From positions 1 to 19,047 of the forward strand of contig JACAFS010000017.1 in assembly GCA_013378385.1 (NCBI GenBank): a stretch of 19,047 bases of DNA, given 5' to 3'. Of the stretch, positions 16,235 through 19,047 are shown piece after piece; the first letter of the stretch is position 1; each line of letters starts with the position of its first letter. The stretch is from Nitrososphaerota archaeon (lineage in GTDB: Archaea; Thermoproteota; Nitrososphaeria; Nitrososphaerales; UBA57). The notes beneath the pieces were generated by a model. It had not been told where the DNA came from and searched no databases. It was given only the letters and a program-made list of their open reading frames with translations. Both the position numbers and the translations under genes were made by a program.

Positions 16235-17521
16235 TTAAAGAGCATTAGATCCCTTAAGAGAATCCAATATCAGATTAATTGATGAGACTTTATTATTCTT
16301 CATAGAGCTGCGAATAATTTCACGCATAAGTTGTTGAGAGTTTCCGTCAATATTATAGAGATTCTCAAAGATATTACAAATCAACCTAGGATAATCAGAA
16401 TAAAGTCGTTTATTTTCCATATACTTAGGTCCTTTTTTGAATTTTTTGATATCAGTAAGTACGTTATATTTGTAAAGTAATTTTTCATAATTAGATAAGG
16501 ATGAATTTGAGAAATCATTGATTTTTTGAGATGTCATAAAGGTTTCTGCGGCAGCTATTCCAGAGGATATGGCAAGATCAACGCCACGAAATGTATACCC
16601 GTTATTGAGCAACATGCCTGCAGCATCTCCGCACACCAATATTCCATCTCCATATAATTTAGGTAGCATATTATAACCTGCTTCCGGAACTAAATGCGCG
16701 CTATATTCTGCTACTTTACCATCTTTTACTATACAAGAAATATCAGGATGATTTTTGAAATTATTGATGAGCGAGGAGACTTGAGTTTTATTGTCAACAA
16801 GATCAATGCCTTTAACAACTAAACCAATTGAAATAGAAGATTTATTTGTATAAATGAATGCACCGCCACGTAGATAGTTAGTTGGAAAACCTACACAAAC
16901 TAATGCAGCGCCTTTATCATTGTTAATGCAGAATCGATCATTAATTACATCTTCAGGGAGTTCTATGACTTCCTTAACTCCAACAGAAAAATGTTCAGAT
17001 TGGAACTGATTTCTAAGTCCTGCTTTTTTAGCAATAATAGATGTAGCGCCATCGGCAGCAATAACTAATTTTGAAGTGATTTCGTCAGATCCACTCTTTA
17101 TTCCGATAATTGATTTATTTTCGTCGACAATAACATCGTCAACTTTGATTTCAGGAAATAATTCTGCACCGACGTCGACTGCTTTATTTGCAAACCAACT
17201 ATCAAATTTAGAACGAAAGGCAGTAAACCCATGATTAACTGATTCGTCAGAAGAGAAATTAGTTTGGAAACTAGACTTTTCTGTCATAAACATAATACTT
17301 TCTTTTGTAACGTTTCGTTCAATGGGAGCGTCTTCTGCAAAATTAGGAATTAATTGGGAAAGAGAATAAGGGTATATTCTGCCTCCATATACATTCTTAG
17401 AGCCTGGTTCCTTTCCGCGTTCTAGCATCAAGACATGATGTCCATTTTTTGCTAGGCTATATGCAGCTGCTGAACCTGCAGGCCCTGCGCCAACTATAAT
17501 CACATCATAATCGGTTGACAT
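16235..17521 (-). CDS. fixC: FixC-like FAD-dependent oxidoreductase (ETF:quinone oxidoreductase / geranylgeranyl-reductase family)
   Basis: N-terminal dinucleotide fold YDVIIVGAGPAGSAAAYSLAKNGHHVLMLERG. I place the start at the ATG at 17521 (MSTDYDV...). The track's TTG at 17545 sits too close to the TTAATATTT element. Confidence 0.85.
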   Translation of the reverse strand: MSTDYDVIIVGAGPAGSAAAYSLAKNGHHVLMLERGKEPGSKNVYGGRIYPYSLSQLIPNFAEDAPIERNVTKESIMFMTEKSSFQTNFSSDESVNHGFTAFRSKFDSWFANKAVDVGAELFPEIKVDDVIVDENKSIIGIKSGSDEITSKLVIAADGATSIIAKKAGLRNQFQSEHFSVGVKEVIELPEDVINDRFCINNDKGAALVCVGFPTNYLRGGAFIYTNKSSISIGLVVKGIDLVDNKTQVSSLINNFKNHPDISCIVKDGKVAEYSAHLVPEAGYNMLPKLYGDGILVCGDAAGMLLNNGYTFRGVDLAISSGIAAAETFMTSQKINDFSNSSLSNYEKLLYKYNVLTDIKKFKKGPKYMENKRLYSDYPRLICNIFENLYNIDGNSQQLMREIIRSSMKNNKVSSINLILDSLKGSNAL

Positions 17522-17585
17522 TACTTCAAAACTCGAATTTGGCAAATATTAAGATTGTCTTAGTCTGATAAATTTTTGACATGGA

Positions 17586-17593
17586 TTTTATAA
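17586..17593 (+). promoter_or_regulatory. TATA box upstream of the DEAD-box helicase
   Basis: TTTTATAA ends 31 nt before the proposed GTG start, implying a very short leader or none. Confidence 0.35.
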
Positions 17594-17624
17594 GCAACCA
17601 CATGGTTGATAGTCGTGAATATTA

Positions 17625-19047
17625 GTGAGTACAAAGTTAGTTTTCAATGACATTGAAATTGATAAAGAATTAATTGCGATATTAAGCAAAGAAGGAATAG
17701 AAGAGCCAACGGAAATCCAGGAAAAGGCAATACCCTTACTCCTAGATGGAGAAGATGTAATAGCCCAGTCAAATACTGGAACAGGAAAGACATTAGCATT
17801 TGGGATTCCAATAGTCCAGACGATAAAGGATGAAACGAGGGATATAGAAGCATTAGTATTGGTACCAACACGAGAATTATCAGCGCAGGTAAGCAAGGAG
17901 ATAAAGAAAATTTCAAGATATAAGAGATTAAGAATGACAAAAGTATGTGGTGGAGAATCGCCAAATATTCAGAAAGCTTCCATAAGAAGAAATCCAAGTG
18001 TAGTAGTTGCCACACCTGGAAGATTAATAGATTTTATTGAAAGAGGAGTAGTAAATCTTGATTGGGTTAAATTTTTGGTAATAGATGAAGCAGATACAAT
18101 GTTAGAAATGGGATTTATTGAAGATATAGAATTCATAATAAGATCAATAGAAAATAAACATCAGACAGCGTTATTTTCAGCTACATTTCCTCCACCAATT
18201 GTTCAATTAGCAAAAAAATATCAAACGCAAGCCAAAAGAATTATGATACATGAAGATAATAAGATTTCAGAGGAAAAATTAGAGCAATATTATCTATGTG
18301 TAAATAGCGAGAGGAATAAACAAGATTTATTGATTGAATTAATAGAAGACATAAAACCAGAAAAAGGAATAATATTCTGTAGAACAAAATCAGACACGAA
18401 CAGAATCCATAAAGTATTAAGAGGGTTAGAAATTAAAGCAGTAGTAATAAATGGAGACATGAGTCAATCGCAAAGAGATAGATCTATGAGGAATTTCATG
18501 GATAAAAGAACACAAATAATAGTTGCGACAGATTTGCTCAGTAGAGGAATACATGTTGAAAATGTAGATTATATTATAAATTATAATGTGCCAAAAAATA
18601 GAGATTCGTATTTTCACAGGATTGGAAGAACTGCAAGGATAGGAAATAAGGGAAAGGCAATAACAATAGTTGCAGGCAGGGAAACACGAGATTTTGTAGA
18701 ACTGAAAAGAGAGATTAAAAGTAAAGTCAGTAGTTTCAAAGGTAAGCAGATTTATAGATATGAAATTCCATTAGATGAAGGAAGTTTTGCTAGATCAGGA
18801 GGACGAAGAAATGGAAGAGGGGGCTCTCCAAGATATGGTAGAGGAGGTCAGAATAGAGATTCGTCAGGGGGTAGACGTTACGGAGGAAACCGTTCTGGAG
18901 GATATGGTGGCCGTTCTGGAGGATATGGTGGCCGTTCTGGAGGATATGGTAACCGTTCTGGAGGAGACAACAATCGTTCTGGAGGATATGGTAACCGTTC
19001 TGGAGGAGACAACAATCGTTCTGGAGGATATGGTAACCGTTCTGGAG
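17625..19047 (+). CDS. DEAD-box ATP-dependent RNA helicase with RGG/GYG repeat tail (3' partial, runs off the window)
   Basis: Not in the supplied track because there is no stop in the window. Hand translation gives the Q motif (F...PTEIQ), AQSNTGTGKT, PTREL, DEAD, SAT, VATDLLSRGI and HRIGRTAR. The frame opens after a TGA at 17616-17618, and GTG at 17625 is the only candidate start before the Q motif. Confidence 0.9.
   Translation, partial: MSTKLVFNDIEIDKELIAILSKEGIEEPTEIQEKAIPLLLDGEDVIAQSNTGTGKTLAFGIPIVQTIKDETRDIEALVLVPTRELSAQVSKEIKKISRYKRLRMTKVCGGESPNIQKASIRRNPSVVVATPGRLIDFIERGVVNLDWVKFLVIDEADTMLEMGFIEDIEFIIRSIENKHQTALFSATFPPPIVQLAKKYQTQAKRIMIHEDNKISEEKLEQYYLCVNSERNKQDLLIELIEDIKPEKGIIFCRTKSDTNRIHKVLRGLEIKAVVINGDMSQSQRDRSMRNFMDKRTQIIVATDLLSRGIHVENVDYIINYNVPKNRDSYFHRIGRTARIGNKGKAITIVAGRETRDFVELKREIKSKVSSFKGKQIYRYEIPLDEGSFARSGGRRNGRGGSPRYGRGGQNRDSSGGRRYGGNRSGGYGGRSGGYGGRSGGYGNRSGGDNNRSGGYGNRSGGDNNRSGGYGNRSG
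18891..19047 (+). repeat. In-frame 21-nt tandem repeat (about 7.5 units, with a 42-nt higher-order period) encoding RSGGYG(G/N)/RSGGDNN
   Basis: cgttctggaggatatggtggc occurs twice. It is then followed by alternating cgttctggaggatatggtaac and cgttctggaggagacaacaat, nearly base-perfect, up to the window edge. Confidence 0.95.

Noticed and set aside
17588-18617. Minus-strand ORFs 17588-17896, 17644-18015 and 18426-18617
   Set aside because: They are antisense to the DEAD-box helicase, whose motifs are all present in the plus frame. The helicase is missing from the track only because it has no stop within the window.
18891-19047. Regular 21-nt repeats at the window edge, considered as a CRISPR-like or satellite array
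   Set aside because: There are no unique spacers. The units abut directly, stay in the helicase reading frame and encode a coherent RSGGYG peptide repeat.
1-19047. Search for a mobile element, prophage or defence island
   Set aside because: I could recognise no integrase, transposase, terminal inverted repeat, toxin-antitoxin pair or nuclease/ATPase defence signature. Gene content is housekeeping plus respiratory.

Overview
This is an AT-rich, tightly packed archaeal chromosomal window. The archaeal assignment rests on an EF-1alpha gene, TATA-box style promoters and bulge-helix-bulge tRNA introns. Left to right it contains: EF-1alpha (-); a heavily interrupted tRNA-Tyr(GUA) gene (-); a pterin-4a-carbinolamine dehydratase, a 73-aa ORF and an SRPBCC protein (+); and a complete aerobic terminal-oxidase locus. 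The oxidase locus holds heme O synthase CtaB, an unlisted 56-aa ORF, a His-rich 224-aa membrane protein, a compact 4-TM heme A synthase CtaA, subunit I with the A2-type YSHPAV motif, CuA subunit II and two small membrane ORFs, all on the minus strand, with subunit III divergent on the plus strand. Next comes a run of uncharacterised membrane proteins (8697-11703), including a CC/CPTC-motif polytopic protein, a SpoIIM/DUF95-like protein and a possibly membrane-anchored Hsp20-like protein. These are followed by two convergent, 3'-overlapping phosphohexomutase paralogues, etfB-etfA with a convergent fixC-like flavoprotein, and a DEAD-box helicase that runs off the right edge with a tandem-repeat RGG/GYG tail. 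I found no CRISPR array, transposase, integrase or recognisable defence gene. The most unusual object is the tRNA-Tyr gene at 1526-1700, which by hand folding needs four separate BHB-type introns and a 6-nt micro-exon to give a canonical cloverleaf. Secondary points are the uncharacterised membrane genes in and beside the oxidase operon, the repeat-built helicase tail, frequent TTG/GTG starts (including EF-1alpha), and convergent gene pairs with essentially no intergenic space. Lineage cannot be fixed from this window. Non-canonical tRNA introns suggest a TACK-type or similar archaeon, but that is inference.
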